A DNA stretch of 64,000 nucleotides from a virus: positions 1 through 64,000 of the IMG/VR virus record IMGVR_UViG_3300031419_000010. The stretch is one strand, 5' to 3'. A model generated the notes under the pieces. That model saw only the letters and a list, made by a program, of their open reading frames with translations, made no database searches and was not told the origin of the DNA. Below, one piece after another: positions 63,888-64,000 of the stretch. Numbering within the stretch: position 1 is the first letter of the stretch; each line of letters starts with the position of its first letter. The position numbers were made by a program, and so were the translations under genes.

Positions 63888-64000
63888 TGCTTTTTCCTGC
63901 GACGAATTTTTACAGCAGCCATGATCGCAAACAAAATGCTGTATGCGACCACGACACTTATTTTTCCAGTAGTGGAATAGTCAAACATGAAAGTTGAAAT
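63884..64000 (-). CDS. partial small membrane protein (C-terminal end)
   Basis: ..ISVVVAYSILFAIMAAVKIRRRKKQ*, ATGA overlap with the next gene. Confidence 0.5.
   Translation of the reverse strand: MSTFMFDYSTTGKISVVVAYSILFAIMAAVKIRRRKKQ

Noticed and set aside
1-64000. Stop-codon reassignment; tRNA or rRNA genes
   Set aside because: Core genes are intact in the standard code and all three stops are used; no cloverleaf or rRNA-like sequence was recognised in the short intergenic gaps.

Overview
A 64-kb segment of a large lytic (jumbo-type) tailed dsDNA phage genome, probably infecting a gammaproteobacterial (enterobacterial-like) host. That host call is inferred from sigma70-type promoters and a YbiI-like TraR/DksA gene. 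Essentially all real genes lie on the minus strand; the plus-strand ORFs are antisense shadows. Left part (1-20 kb) is a core replication and packaging module: frameshifted TOPRIM primase-like gene, macrodomain protein, 5'-3' exonuclease, portal, terminase large subunit with a 223-aa intein in its Walker A motif, DnaB helicase, sigma-like factor, HNH protein, and type IIA topoisomerase A and B subunits. The rest (20-64 kb) is accessory or early: dUTPase, SLT lysin, HD phosphohydrolase, UvsE, TraR, radical SAM, Tpt1/KptA and many orphans in paralog families. Most notable observations: (1) a dispersed family of about 10 proteins built from a ~35-40-aa helix-extension-helix (Rho-N/SAP/LEM-like) module, often joined to very long poly-D/E tracts. 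They sit beside a histone-H1-like basic protein, while core enzymes carry Lys-rich tails, which suggests a charge-based phage chromatin or condensate system (inference). (2) Ten copies of a 28-bp box that always sits directly upstream of a weak -35, an exact 17-bp spacer and a -10 hexamer. (3) One of these promoters drives a ~73-nt stand-alone small RNA with a CsrA-type GGA loop. All homology calls are from motif recognition by eye; no database searches were run.
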